Source: a virus
Reading direction: 5' to 3' (one strand)
DNA length: 64,000 nt
Virus record (IMG/VR): IMGVR_UViG_3300023184_004591
Span: 31,293-95,292 of that record
A program made the translations under genes and the position numbers. This document shows, piece by piece, positions 40,665 to 50,376 of the stretch (the first letter of the stretch is position 1; each line of letters starts with the position of its first letter). The notes below the pieces were generated by a model. That model ran no database searches, had not been told where the DNA came from, and was given only the letters and a program-made list of their open reading frames with translations.

Positions 40665-42170
40665 ATGATAACAATAATATACTCAACACATAAAGACGAA
40701 ACCTATAATAACAAATTTAAACAACATTTGTTACAAACCGTAGGATTAAATGACGTACAGATTTTAGAATTTGTTAATCATAATCAATACTCATTATCCC
40801 AAGTTTATAACAGTGGTATCACACAATCAATTTACGATATTGTTGTATGTTGCCATAATGACATTAAACTTGAAAAAAATTGGGGTAAAAAATTATTAGA
40901 GGATTTTTCTAATAACCCCGAATTCGGTATAATTGGAAAAGCGGGATCTTGTTATTTTCCTGAGTCAGGTGTGTATTGGGAGAAAATGTCTCAAACTATG
41001 GTAGGTCAAGTTTATCATCATCCTGAGGACCAAAAAAAATGGTTAAACAAATACTCACCTAAGTTACCATTCTTAATACCCGTTGTGACAATTGATGGTT
41101 TATTTATGTCTTTTGATAAAACAAAATGTAAACATTTCTTTGATGAAACAATTGGTAAGTTCCACTTTTATGACCATCTTTTTTGTTTACCAAATTATTT
41201 GGATGGAGTTAAAATTGGTGTTACCTCATCTTTTGAAATAACACATCAATCTATTGGTCAACCTAATCAAGAATTTTGGGAAAGCAAAGATAAGTTTATC
41301 GAGAAGTGGGGAAAAAATTTACCACTAGATCTAAAACCGTCATTTGTTTATGCCCCTGAAATAAAAAGAAAACATTTTAAAAAATTTGGTAAGGTTGCAA
41401 TTATAATACCAACCAAAGGTAATGTGGAAATGTTAAAAGAGTGTGTGGATTCTTTCTATCAATATTGCGATAAAGATAGTTATGATATTTTTGTTGCGGA
41501 CACAGGATCAACCGATGAGGAAAAAAATTGGATTAAAGAAAATATTAATAACATAACCTTAATTGAATACGATTATTATAATTTTGCTAAAATTAATAAC
41601 AATGTTGTAAAAAATTTACCTAATAATGTTTATGAGTTTTTATTATTTTCAAATAATGATATTAAAATACTAAATGATGTTATTAGTGGTATGTTATCTG
41701 TTTTTGAAACAAACAGATTAACGGGAACAGTTGGTTGTAGATTACATTATGGGGATAACACAATACAACATGATGGTGTGTTTATGTATATTAGACAATC
41801 AAATAGTATAATAGGTGTTGATCATATTAATTTAAAAAATTACTACAATTACTCAAATAGTACAAAAGAAGTTTTTGGTAATACAGGTGGTTTAATGATG
41901 GTAAGAAAACTTGTGTTTGAAAATAACAATATGTTTAATGAAAATTATATATCCTGTTTTGAAGATGTTGAGTTTAATCTTATTTTAAATTCAATTGGAT
42001 TAAAAAATTATATTTGTGGAGAATGTGTTGCCTATCACTATGAATCAACAACTAGAAATGAAGATCCCAAAAATTTAGTTAAATTACAATATGATTATTT
42101 TACAAATTTAATTCCTTCAGTTAAAAAAAATATAGAAAAGATAAAACATAAATTTGTCTCCATTAAATAA
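40665..42170 (+). CDS. Two-domain GT2-like glycosyltransferase
   Basis: N-domain YNSG...CCHNDI...IDGLF...FHFYD; C-domain VAIIIPT, VADTGS, NFAKINN, FSNND, FEDVE. Confidence 0.85.
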   Translation: MITIIYSTHKDETYNNKFKQHLLQTVGLNDVQILEFVNHNQYSLSQVYNSGITQSIYDIVVCCHNDIKLEKNWGKKLLEDFSNNPEFGIIGKAGSCYFPESGVYWEKMSQTMVGQVYHHPEDQKKWLNKYSPKLPFLIPVVTIDGLFMSFDKTKCKHFFDETIGKFHFYDHLFCLPNYLDGVKIGVTSSFEITHQSIGQPNQEFWESKDKFIEKWGKNLPLDLKPSFVYAPEIKRKHFKKFGKVAIIIPTKGNVEMLKECVDSFYQYCDKDSYDIFVADTGSTDEEKNWIKENINNITLIEYDYYNFAKINNNVVKNLPNNVYEFLLFSNNDIKILNDVISGMLSVFETNRLTGTVGCRLHYGDNTIQHDGVFMYIRQSNSIIGVDHINLKNYYNYSNSTKEVFGNTGGLMMVRKLVFENNNMFNENYISCFEDVEFNLILNSIGLKNYICGECVAYHYESTTRNEDPKNLVKLQYDYFTNLIPSVKKNIEKIKHKFVSIK

Positions 42171-42172
42171 AC

Positions 42173-42802
42173 ATGATATTATCTAACAGTAGAAAATTCA
42201 TTTTCATTAAAACAAGGAAATGTGGGGGAACTTCAATCCAAAATACGTTATTACCATTTTGTAATAATCAAGATTTTGTAACACTTGGTTTTAATAATTT
42301 AATTACAAAAAGTATCTCCCCAATAGAGGAATTTTCTGAATTAAGTGATGTTAGAAAAAAATTTAAAATTAACACTGATGAATATTATAAGTTTGGTTTT
42401 GTTAGAAATCCTTATTCAATAACTTTATCAAGATTTTTTTATCAAATTAAACAAAAAAGAATTACATTAAAACCAAAAAAAGAAGATTTTAATCTATGGG
42501 CAAAAAACGAATATTTTGTTAACGGTAAGGATTTTAATTATAAAGGAGATATGTTTAGTAGATTTTTATTTAATTTTAAAAATGAACCTATCGTTGATTT
42601 TATTGGCAAACTTGAAAACGTAGAATCTGATTTTTTAATAGTTAAAAATAAATTAAATTTAAATTCTAATATCATATTAAAAAACAATAATAAATCAAAT
42701 TTTAATAATGTACATTATAGTGACTGGATGTCAGATGAAACAATAGATTTAGTTAAAAAATTCTTCCCATTTGAACTTTCATATTTTAACTACGAGTTTT
42801 AA
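42173..42802 (+). CDS. Sulfotransferase (Sulfotransfer_2-like)
   Basis: FIFIKTRKCGGTSI (5'-PSB), FGFVRNPY...LS (3'-PB), DFIGKLEN, FNYEF C-terminus. Confidence 0.8.
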   Translation: MILSNSRKFIFIKTRKCGGTSIQNTLLPFCNNQDFVTLGFNNLITKSISPIEEFSELSDVRKKFKINTDEYYKFGFVRNPYSITLSRFFYQIKQKRITLKPKKEDFNLWAKNEYFVNGKDFNYKGDMFSRFLFNFKNEPIVDFIGKLENVESDFLIVKNKLNLNSNIILKNNNKSNFNNVHYSDWMSDETIDLVKKFFPFELSYFNYEF

Positions 42803-42852
42803 ATGTTTATTATTTTTAAGTTGGTTTTATATTTAAGTTAAATAGAAAACTT

Positions 42853-43599
42853 ATGACAAGTAGAAAAAAACCAATTTTAAAAGACGAAACAACGTCAACT
42901 ACTCAACCACAAATTTCAAGAAAAGAGTTAATCAACTCAGTAATCAAAAGAAAACAAAAAAGTAAATTTTTATCCGATAATCAAAAAGACTATTACGATA
43001 TTTTAATTAACAATCAAATTACAATTTGTTCAGGACCGGCAGGTGTTGGTAAAAGTTACATTTCAATGAAAGCAGCAGTAGATTTATTAATGGATCCAAA
43101 CAATTCCTATGAAAAAATTATTATTGTTAGACCCGCAGTTGAAGCTGAAGAAAAATTAGGATCTCTTCCAGGAAATTTGGAAGAAAAATTAGATCCATAT
43201 ATTTTTCCATCTTATTACTTACTTAATAAAATAATCGGTAAAGAAGCGAGAGAAAAATTAAAAGAGTATGAGGTAATCGAAGTGTTTGCTTTAGCGTACA
43301 TGAGAGGAATGAATATTGACAATTCGATTTTAATTTTTGAGGAAGGACAGAACGCAACACCAAATCAAATGAAATTATTATTAACAAGGATTGGATTCAA
43401 TAGTAAATTTTTTATATCAGGAGATTTAGAACAAACGGATCGTTATAAGGATAAAAAACAATCAGGACTTTACGATGCATTACAAAGATTCAGTGGTATA
43501 CCAGATATTGGTATATATGATTTTAAAAATGCCAAAAATGTTAGAAACCCATTAATTAGTAAAATTTTAGTTAAGTACGATGAAGAAAATAGGGATTGA
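42853..43599 (+). CDS. phoH: PhoH-family ATPase
   Basis: GPAGVGKS, RPAVE, LPG..EEK..PY, AYMRG, EEGQN, LTRIG, GD..Q.D. Confidence 0.95.
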   Translation: MTSRKKPILKDETTSTTQPQISRKELINSVIKRKQKSKFLSDNQKDYYDILINNQITICSGPAGVGKSYISMKAAVDLLMDPNNSYEKIIIVRPAVEAEEKLGSLPGNLEEKLDPYIFPSYYLLNKIIGKEAREKLKEYEVIEVFALAYMRGMNIDNSILIFEEGQNATPNQMKLLLTRIGFNSKFFISGDLEQTDRYKDKKQSGLYDALQRFSGIPDIGIYDFKNAKNVRNPLISKILVKYDEENRD

Positions 43600-44257
43600 A
43601 ATTAATGGTGTGTTAAGAGACACTATTAGTAAATTTACTGAATTATATGAAAAACATTTAGTTGATATCCATTTGAATGAGTCTACGGATAAAACGTATG
43701 AAATTGAATTTTCGGGTGATACCGATGAGGTTATTGAATTCAATGAAAATGTGGTAGTTAATAATTTTGTCTATAAAATTTTAAGTCCTGTCACATCATT
43801 AGATTTAGGGTCACATTTTTCATTCCCATCTAAAGATGAACTATATTCATTTATGTATGAAGAATATACAATGGAGTTATTTGGTCACGCACCTTCAACT
43901 GAAATGTTAACTTTTAATATCCTAAACGATATCTATTATAACTTAAGAGATACTTATGACTTAATGATTGTTTCAGATGAAATTGGTAGATCAAAACCAT
44001 CGTCACTATTTTTTTTATCTAAATTTGGTTGTTTACTTGAAAAAGTATTTTTTTATAGTGAAGTAACAAAAAATAATATGTGGAATGACGTAGACATTTT
44101 ACTTACGTCGAATCCTGACTTACTATTAAATAAACCCGATAATAAGATTGTTATAAAATTTGTTACGGACTATAATAAACACATCAAATCAGATTATGAA
44201 ATTTTATCTCTATCTGATTTGGAATTAACAATTAAAAAAATAGAGGAAAATGTTTAA
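43580..44257 (+). CDS. HAD-like 5'-nucleotidase homologue with degenerate motif I
   Basis: KIGIEINGVLRD aligns with the IGIDxDGV motif of phage 5'(3')-deoxyribonucleotidases. Confidence 0.55.
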   Translation: MKKIGIEINGVLRDTISKFTELYEKHLVDIHLNESTDKTYEIEFSGDTDEVIEFNENVVVNNFVYKILSPVTSLDLGSHFSFPSKDELYSFMYEEYTMELFGHAPSTEMLTFNILNDIYYNLRDTYDLMIVSDEIGRSKPSSLFFLSKFGCLLEKVFFYSEVTKNNMWNDVDILLTSNPDLLLNKPDNKIVIKFVTDYNKHIKSDYEILSLSDLELTIKKIEENV

Positions 44258-44504
44258 CGTATTTGGAGAAAATTATTACATAGATTTAGATAAGATTGAA
44301 GAGTTTGTTCAATATAGTGGTACTAGCGGGGAAACTAACATTCATGTCGTTAAATATGAATCAGTAAAGGCTATGGTTGATACAATATTAACCGAAATAA
44401 ATGAGGTGGATGAAAACTTAGGGATGAAAACAAATGAAGTTACTATTCCTTTTAAGATTGCATTTAATACACTTTTAATAAAAAAAATAATAAATAAAAT
44501 ATGA
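44250..44504 (+). CDS. Hypothetical protein
   Basis: 84-aa coupled ORF (YYIDLD...KYE...FKIAFNTL). Confidence 0.7.
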   Translation: MFNVFGENYYIDLDKIEEFVQYSGTSGETNIHVVKYESVKAMVDTILTEINEVDENLGMKTNEVTIPFKIAFNTLLIKKIINKI

Positions 44505-45208
44505 ACCAAGAAGAAATTTTAAACACTCCTCAAGTTAAAAGGGAAACAATGAGTGATATTGCAAAAAAATACCCTACAGATAAAGATTTTACTCACAATT
44601 ACTTTAATTTGGTTTACGAAAAATATTTTTCACCAATTAGAGATGAGGTTAAAAAGTTTTGTGAAATTGGTGTTGGTGGTTTTTGGGAAGAAGCCGGATG
44701 GGTACCAGGTAATTCATTACGAGTGTTTGACGAATATTTTCCAAATGCTGAAATATTAGGTTTAGACATAAATTCTTTTAATTTAACTAGTCAAGGTAAA
44801 GTTGTGGTTGATTATATTGACCAGTCTAAAAAAGAACTTGTGGATGAGTATTCGTCAAAAATATCTGAGTATGATATTATTCTTGATGATGGATCCCATG
44901 TAATGTATGATCAACAAATTACAATGGCCACATTTTTTAGATCACTTAAAAGTGATGGTATATTTGTGATGGAAGATCTACATAGTAGTCCTGAAGTTAG
45001 AATTCCAGAAAAAAATGCAATATGGGGATGGGGTGACCCAACTAAAATAACAACATTAGAAATGTTAGAAAGTTTCAAAAATACAGGTAAAATAATTTCT
45101 GATTATTTATCGGATGAAGAAAAACTTTATTTAGAAAATAACATTAAATCAATTGAGATTTTTTATTTGGCTCCAACAAGTATTACATCAATAATATATA
45201 AAAAATAA
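44501..45208 (+). CDS. Class I SAM sugar O-methyltransferase (MycE-like)
   Basis: TDK..HNY...Y, CEIGV, ILDDGSH, MEDLH; paralogue of the C-domain of 13915..15240. Confidence 0.8.
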   Translation: MNQEEILNTPQVKRETMSDIAKKYPTDKDFTHNYFNLVYEKYFSPIRDEVKKFCEIGVGGFWEEAGWVPGNSLRVFDEYFPNAEILGLDINSFNLTSQGKVVVDYIDQSKKELVDEYSSKISEYDIILDDGSHVMYDQQITMATFFRSLKSDGIFVMEDLHSSPEVRIPEKNAIWGWGDPTKITTLEMLESFKNTGKIISDYLSDEEKLYLENNIKSIEIFYLAPTSITSIIYKK

Positions 45209-45225
45209 TAAATAAAATATAACAC

Positions 45226-46287
45226 ATGAACCAAGAACAAATTTTAAAGCTAGAACAATCCATTCAGAAAATGAGGGAAAAAAAGTCAAGAATTTATTTT
45301 ATAGTACAGGACACTAAAGGAAATGCAAAAGCGTCAATACGTTACATTTATGAAATGGCCATGTCACTAAAAAATAACGGATTTAATTCCATAATACTAC
45401 ATGAAACTCCTGAATACTTTGGTGTAACAGATTGGTTAGGTGAAGAATATATGACCAATTTAGAACATAGATCTATTGAGGGTACAAATTTAGAGATCTC
45501 ACCTGAGGATCTAATTGTTATTCCTGAGATTTATGGATTTATAATGGATCAAATCACTAAATTACCTTGTGGCAAAATCGTATTATCACAATCATACGAT
45601 TATATTTTTGAGACCTTACAACCTGGACAAACGTGGAGTCAACTTGGGTTTAACAAATGTATTACAACGTCTGAAAAACAAAAAGAATTAATTGCAACAA
45701 CAATGAGAAGTATCTCTATTGATGTAATTGAACCGACTATTTCAGAAATATTTGAAAAACAAAAGTTTCCACCTAAAACAATCATTGGTGTACACACAAG
45801 AGACCATAGAGATACGGTTAATTTAATTAAAACTTTTTACGCTAAATTCCCACAGTACAGATGGATCACTTTTAGAGATTTAAGAGGACTATCTCAGGTT
45901 GAATTTACAAATGCAATGAAAGAAAGTTTTGCGTCGGTTTGGATTGACAACATTAGTTCATACGGTACATTCCCACTTGAATCTATGAAAATGGGAGTAC
46001 CTGTAATTGGATTAGTTCCTAACATGACACCAGAGTGGATGAACGAAGAAAACGGTATTTGGATTAATAATCAAAATATGATTGTAGATGTAGTAGCCGA
46101 TTTTATTCAAAATTGGTTAGAGGATAACATAAATCCTAAAATGTATGAAGAAATGGATTTAACCATTAATAAACTCCCTACAAAAGAAAAGTTTGAATCA
46201 GAAGTTGTTGAATTATTTGCAAAAATGATCGATATGAGAGCAGATTCTTTTGAGGCACAATTAACTAAATTTGAAATAACTGAATAA
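45226..46287 (+). CDS. GT-B-like glycosyltransferase
   Basis: DLIVIPE, VWID..SSYGTFPLESMKMGVPVIG. Confidence 0.7.
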   Translation: MNQEQILKLEQSIQKMREKKSRIYFIVQDTKGNAKASIRYIYEMAMSLKNNGFNSIILHETPEYFGVTDWLGEEYMTNLEHRSIEGTNLEISPEDLIVIPEIYGFIMDQITKLPCGKIVLSQSYDYIFETLQPGQTWSQLGFNKCITTSEKQKELIATTMRSISIDVIEPTISEIFEKQKFPPKTIIGVHTRDHRDTVNLIKTFYAKFPQYRWITFRDLRGLSQVEFTNAMKESFASVWIDNISSYGTFPLESMKMGVPVIGLVPNMTPEWMNEENGIWINNQNMIVDVVADFIQNWLEDNINPKMYEEMDLTINKLPTKEKFESEVVELFAKMIDMRADSFEAQLTKFEITE

Positions 46288-46288
46288 C

Positions 46289-47095
46289 ATGGAAAATAAT
46301 AAAACAATTTCGGTAATATTACCAATTAAAACTGCTAGGTCCGCAGACTTTGAGGACTTTTTTGATAGATGTATCAAATCAATAAAAAATCAAGGTGAAA
46401 CCGTAAGTGAATTAGTTATCGTTTATTGTGATGAATCTCTTTTGGAAACACAAATTAAGTCTTATGACTTTGATGGTTTAAACGTTAAATTTGATGTTTG
46501 GACTGAAGAACCTAATTTCGCAAATCAAGTTAATAGAGGTGTTGAAATATCAACTTCTAACTGGGTTTCATTAATTGAGTTTGATGATGAGTACTCAAAC
46601 ATATGGTTTAAAAACTCACAGACATATATGGAGATTTATCCTGATATTGACGCATTTTTACCAATCGTTGTTGATGTTAATGATAAAGGTGTATTTGTTG
46701 GATTCACAAACGAAGCTACATTTGCAGCAAATTTCACACAAGAACTTGGTTATTTAACTAATGAAACATTACAAATGTACCAAAATTTCCAAATTGCCGG
46801 AATGGTTATTAAAAAAGAAACATTCTTGGAGTATGGTAAATTTAAATCTAACATTAAATTAACATTTGGTTATGAGTTCTTTTTACGTATGACTCACGCA
46901 TCAATTAAATTTATGACTATCCCTAAAATTGGATACAAACATATGAACTTAAGAGAAGGTTCTATTTTTTGGAATTACAAAAATGGTGAAAATAGATTAA
47001 GTGAGGATGAGGCTAAATTTTGGATCGAGTCAGCAAAGAAAGAATATTTTTATATTGCACAAAGGGACATAAAATATGAACCACAAGAAGTTTGA
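46289..47095 (+). CDS. GT2-like glycosyltransferase
   Basis: ISVILPI, QVNRG, LIEFDD, YEFFLR. Confidence 0.75.
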   Translation: MENNKTISVILPIKTARSADFEDFFDRCIKSIKNQGETVSELVIVYCDESLLETQIKSYDFDGLNVKFDVWTEEPNFANQVNRGVEISTSNWVSLIEFDDEYSNIWFKNSQTYMEIYPDIDAFLPIVVDVNDKGVFVGFTNEATFAANFTQELGYLTNETLQMYQNFQIAGMVIKKETFLEYGKFKSNIKLTFGYEFFLRMTHASIKFMTIPKIGYKHMNLREGSIFWNYKNGENRLSEDEAKFWIESAKKEYFYIAQRDIKYEPQEV

Positions 47096-47844
47096 TGACC
47101 GAAAATGTCAATTTATCGAACGAAGAGAATGAAAAGAAAAAGAAGGGAAGAAAACCCACAGTAAATAATTATTTTGACGTAAGAGAAGAAGATGCGGTTA
47201 GGGCCTACCTAATCGCAGAATCTTTTGATGAGAAGAACAAAATTTATAATGAGTTTTTAAAACACCCCTTAGATAAAATGATATCGTCAATTATTAGACG
47301 ATATAAATTATACAGAAAGGACATGGACTTTGAGGAGATCCATATGGATACTCATTCATTTTTAATGACTAAAATAGATAAATTTAAACCGGCTAAAGAG
47401 AAGAAAGCATATTCTTATTTTGGTACTATCTGTAAAAATTATCTAATGGGTCAAATTTTAAAAGACCAAAAAGAAATGAACAGAAAAATATCTTATGAAG
47501 ATATTTCGGGTGATGTTCATAATATGCCAGATATGATTTATTATATCGATAATGAAGATGTAAGTTCTGAAGAAATTATTAAAAAATTTTTAAATGAACT
47601 TAAAGATAATATGAATGAACCAAATATTTCCGAACAAGAAATAAAATTAGGTGAGGCATTAACTGATATTTTCACGAATTATAGTGCAATTTTTCAGGAA
47701 ACATCAAATAATAATAAATTTAATAAAAACATTATCCTGTTTGAATTGAGGGAAATGACCAATTTAAGTACAAAAGAAATACGTAATTCACTAAAACGAT
47801 ATAAAAAAATATACTTTCATATCGTAAATGAATTATTAAAATAA
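47092..47844 (+). CDS. Phage sigma factor (T4 gp55-like, late transcription)
   Basis: NYF...E.A...Y, KIDKFKP...KAYSYFGTICKNYL corresponds to the sigma region 2 of gp55-like proteins. Confidence 0.7.
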   Translation: MMTENVNLSNEENEKKKKGRKPTVNNYFDVREEDAVRAYLIAESFDEKNKIYNEFLKHPLDKMISSIIRRYKLYRKDMDFEEIHMDTHSFLMTKIDKFKPAKEKKAYSYFGTICKNYLMGQILKDQKEMNRKISYEDISGDVHNMPDMIYYIDNEDVSSEEIIKKFLNELKDNMNEPNISEQEIKLGEALTDIFTNYSAIFQETSNNNKFNKNIILFELREMTNLSTKEIRNSLKRYKKIYFHIVNELLK

Positions 47845-47864
47845 AATAAAAAATACTTATAGGT

Positions 47865-48239
47865 ATGGGAAGACCAACAAAAAAGGAAATTAATCTAAGT
47901 AAGGAATCAATGTTATCTTTAATGCAAGAGATCTATAATGAACTTGTGGAACAAAGAAACACCGCCATTAGAATACAAAACAAGATGTTGACAATGATGA
48001 AAGAGCCAGAAGATATGACTCTTATTGGTCCTGTTATTGAAAAACAACAAAAGATTATTAACGACTGCGTTGATAAAAAATTATCTCTTTCAAAGTTACA
48101 AGCTCAAATTTGGCAAAAATCTCAGGAAAAACAAGATGATAATTTCACACTATCTGATTTGGATCTTGATGATGACACATTTAAAAGTTTAATTGATAAG
48201 GACACCTCAACAGATAATAGTTATAAATTAAATAAATAA
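47865..48239 (+). CDS. Hypothetical coiled-coil protein
   Basis: 124-aa ORF; TACTTAT variant motif upstream. Confidence 0.7.
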   Translation: MGRPTKKEINLSKESMLSLMQEIYNELVEQRNTAIRIQNKMLTMMKEPEDMTLIGPVIEKQQKIINDCVDKKLSLSKLQAQIWQKSQEKQDDNFTLSDLDLDDDTFKSLIDKDTSTDNSYKLNK

Positions 48240-50146
48240 TGGCACAGGATACTGAAGATGGTTTTAATGACGTAGAAAAAAAAACAACTATACTTAAAAA
48301 GTACAAAAAGGTTAATAGTGATATTGAAGATCTACGAAAAAAAGCTGGAAAAACTTTAGAAAAGAAAAAATCTCAAGTTTCCACACAACTTTCTGATGCC
48401 AAAAAATTAAAGAACAAATATCAAAAAGAAATTAAAACCCAATTTGATAAATTATTAGATTTAAATTTCTTATCTCTTGGGGCAGGTAAAAGTAGTCAAG
48501 GATACCTTAAAAAAACTTTTACAAAAGCAATTAAAGAAATTACACCTAAATTAGATGATATAATATTAGAGTTAATGTTAGCTGCGGTGGGTTGTTCTCA
48601 AGATCAAGAATTTACCCCACAAACGATTTATATTAGAGTTAAGTCAGTTGATCTACTTAACACATTGAAAGAGGATCCTGCAACAGATGTGGGGAAATTA
48701 CTTTATGAGAAAAACGATATACAATATATCAATTTTCCATTTTCAATGAATAAAGAATTATATAACAGAACTCAAAATATTAATCAACCATTTAGTGTTC
48801 CGGCATCGGGACAAAGTTATAAAGGAACATCGGGTCAAGAATTGTTTGATATAACATATGTTGAATCTTATGTTGACCCAACATCTCTACAAACAATACA
48901 GGGTAGTTTTTTTAAGGTGGATTTAAAGAATAGAATGAGTACAAATAAAGTCTCTGAATTTTTAAAAGATTACTTCACTACAATAAAACTTTTTGATGAA
49001 ACTAACTTCTTTGCTAATTTAATGAATCAATTAACTGGGGCAGTTTCAATTAAAAAAGGGGACGGTAATGCAGATTTAGAAGATCTACAAAAAATACTAT
49101 TAATCATACAAAGAATATTAGGACTATGTTTTGATAACACTAAAGAGATTGATGTGTCGGGTATTGCAAAATTGTCCGAAAATGATAATGTTGATGAATC
49201 TTTCTTTGAGTTTACAGATATTGATTTACGATTTATTGATTCAAAAGTTTCTGACATAAAAATGGGGGTTGTTGAATTTGAAGAATGTGATACGGTTAAG
49301 TTACCTGTTGATTCGGATAGTATAACAAACGCATTAAATAATTTAGTTTTTGTTGATGGTAAAAATAATTCAAATAGTATAGATGATGCCTCTAACTTAA
49401 CTGATGTTTTAACTAAAAACCCAGGGTGGTTTCCTTTAGAAATAAATATTGATTTATCATTCCTAAAGGAATTTCCAAAAGCAATGGTGTCAACAGTACT
49501 ATCACCTAAAGTGGTTTTACCATTGATGATAACAACAAAATCATTAGGTCAAAATTTGGATTTACAGGTTAGTTCATTTATGGATTTTGCGAAAAATCTT
49601 AAATCATTCTTTATAAAATTTGCCTCAAGGGTCGGGGAACTTTTTGTTAAAATTTTATTTGATATCATTAAAAAAGACATTTTAGCTTTAGTACAATCTG
49701 TAAATTTAGATGTGATTAGGGGATTAAATAATAAAAAATTAAATATAATTTTATCTTTATCTGAGTTAGTTATTGCTATTGCTAAAGTTATAAAAAATTT
49801 CAGAGAATGTAAAAGTGTAATTGATGACTTACTAAACGCATTAAAAATTGCATCCAAAGGATTTAATGGGGATATCCCATTACCATTACTATTAACATCA
49901 AAACTTTTAAGTGGTTATTCTTCTGATAGAGCATTTTTAAATGTTATTGCAAATTTTGAAGAACTGGGGTTACCTACGGGTACCATGCCCGATGGAAGTC
50001 CTAACCTAATGTTAGCATCGATGAAAGCATTATTAGATGGTTCGGACCAAGAAAACGCATCAAATGGTAAATCACAAATTGCAATATACCCACTAAGTAT
50101 AACCCCAATCGGTCAAACAACACCAATAGTTTGTTATGGTAAATAA
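48239..50146 (+). CDS. Hypothetical protein, probably baseplate/tail-associated
   Basis: 635-aa ORF in the operon leading to the gp5-like gene. Confidence 0.65.
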   Translation: MAQDTEDGFNDVEKKTTILKKYKKVNSDIEDLRKKAGKTLEKKKSQVSTQLSDAKKLKNKYQKEIKTQFDKLLDLNFLSLGAGKSSQGYLKKTFTKAIKEITPKLDDIILELMLAAVGCSQDQEFTPQTIYIRVKSVDLLNTLKEDPATDVGKLLYEKNDIQYINFPFSMNKELYNRTQNINQPFSVPASGQSYKGTSGQELFDITYVESYVDPTSLQTIQGSFFKVDLKNRMSTNKVSEFLKDYFTTIKLFDETNFFANLMNQLTGAVSIKKGDGNADLEDLQKILLIIQRILGLCFDNTKEIDVSGIAKLSENDNVDESFFEFTDIDLRFIDSKVSDIKMGVVEFEECDTVKLPVDSDSITNALNNLVFVDGKNNSNSIDDASNLTDVLTKNPGWFPLEINIDLSFLKEFPKAMVSTVLSPKVVLPLMITTKSLGQNLDLQVSSFMDFAKNLKSFFIKFASRVGELFVKILFDIIKKDILALVQSVNLDVIRGLNNKKLNIILSLSELVIAIAKVIKNFRECKSVIDDLLNALKIASKGFNGDIPLPLLLTSKLLSGYSSDRAFLNVIANFEELGLPTGTMPDGSPNLMLASMKALLDGSDQENASNGKSQIAIYPLSITPIGQTTPIVCYGK

Positions 50147-50157
50147 AATATAAAAAA

Positions 50158-50376
50158 ATGGATAATAAAGTAGAATCACAACAAGTTGTGGAAATAATTA
50201 AAGAACATAAAGTTAGACCTAATAAAGATCTAATTTTGGCTATGGAATTTATTAAAAAAGATTTTGAATTAACAAAAGAAAGTTTAATTAAAATGACAAG
50301 TCATTTAGATAAATTAGAATTAACATACAATACACTATTAAAAGAATATCAAACAAGAAATGTGGTTCAAAAATAA
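50158..50376 (+). CDS. Hypothetical small coiled-coil protein
   Basis: 72-aa ORF overlapping the next start. Confidence 0.65.
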   Translation: MDNKVESQQVVEIIKEHKVRPNKDLILAMEFIKKDFELTKESLIKMTSHLDKLELTYNTLLKEYQTRNVVQK

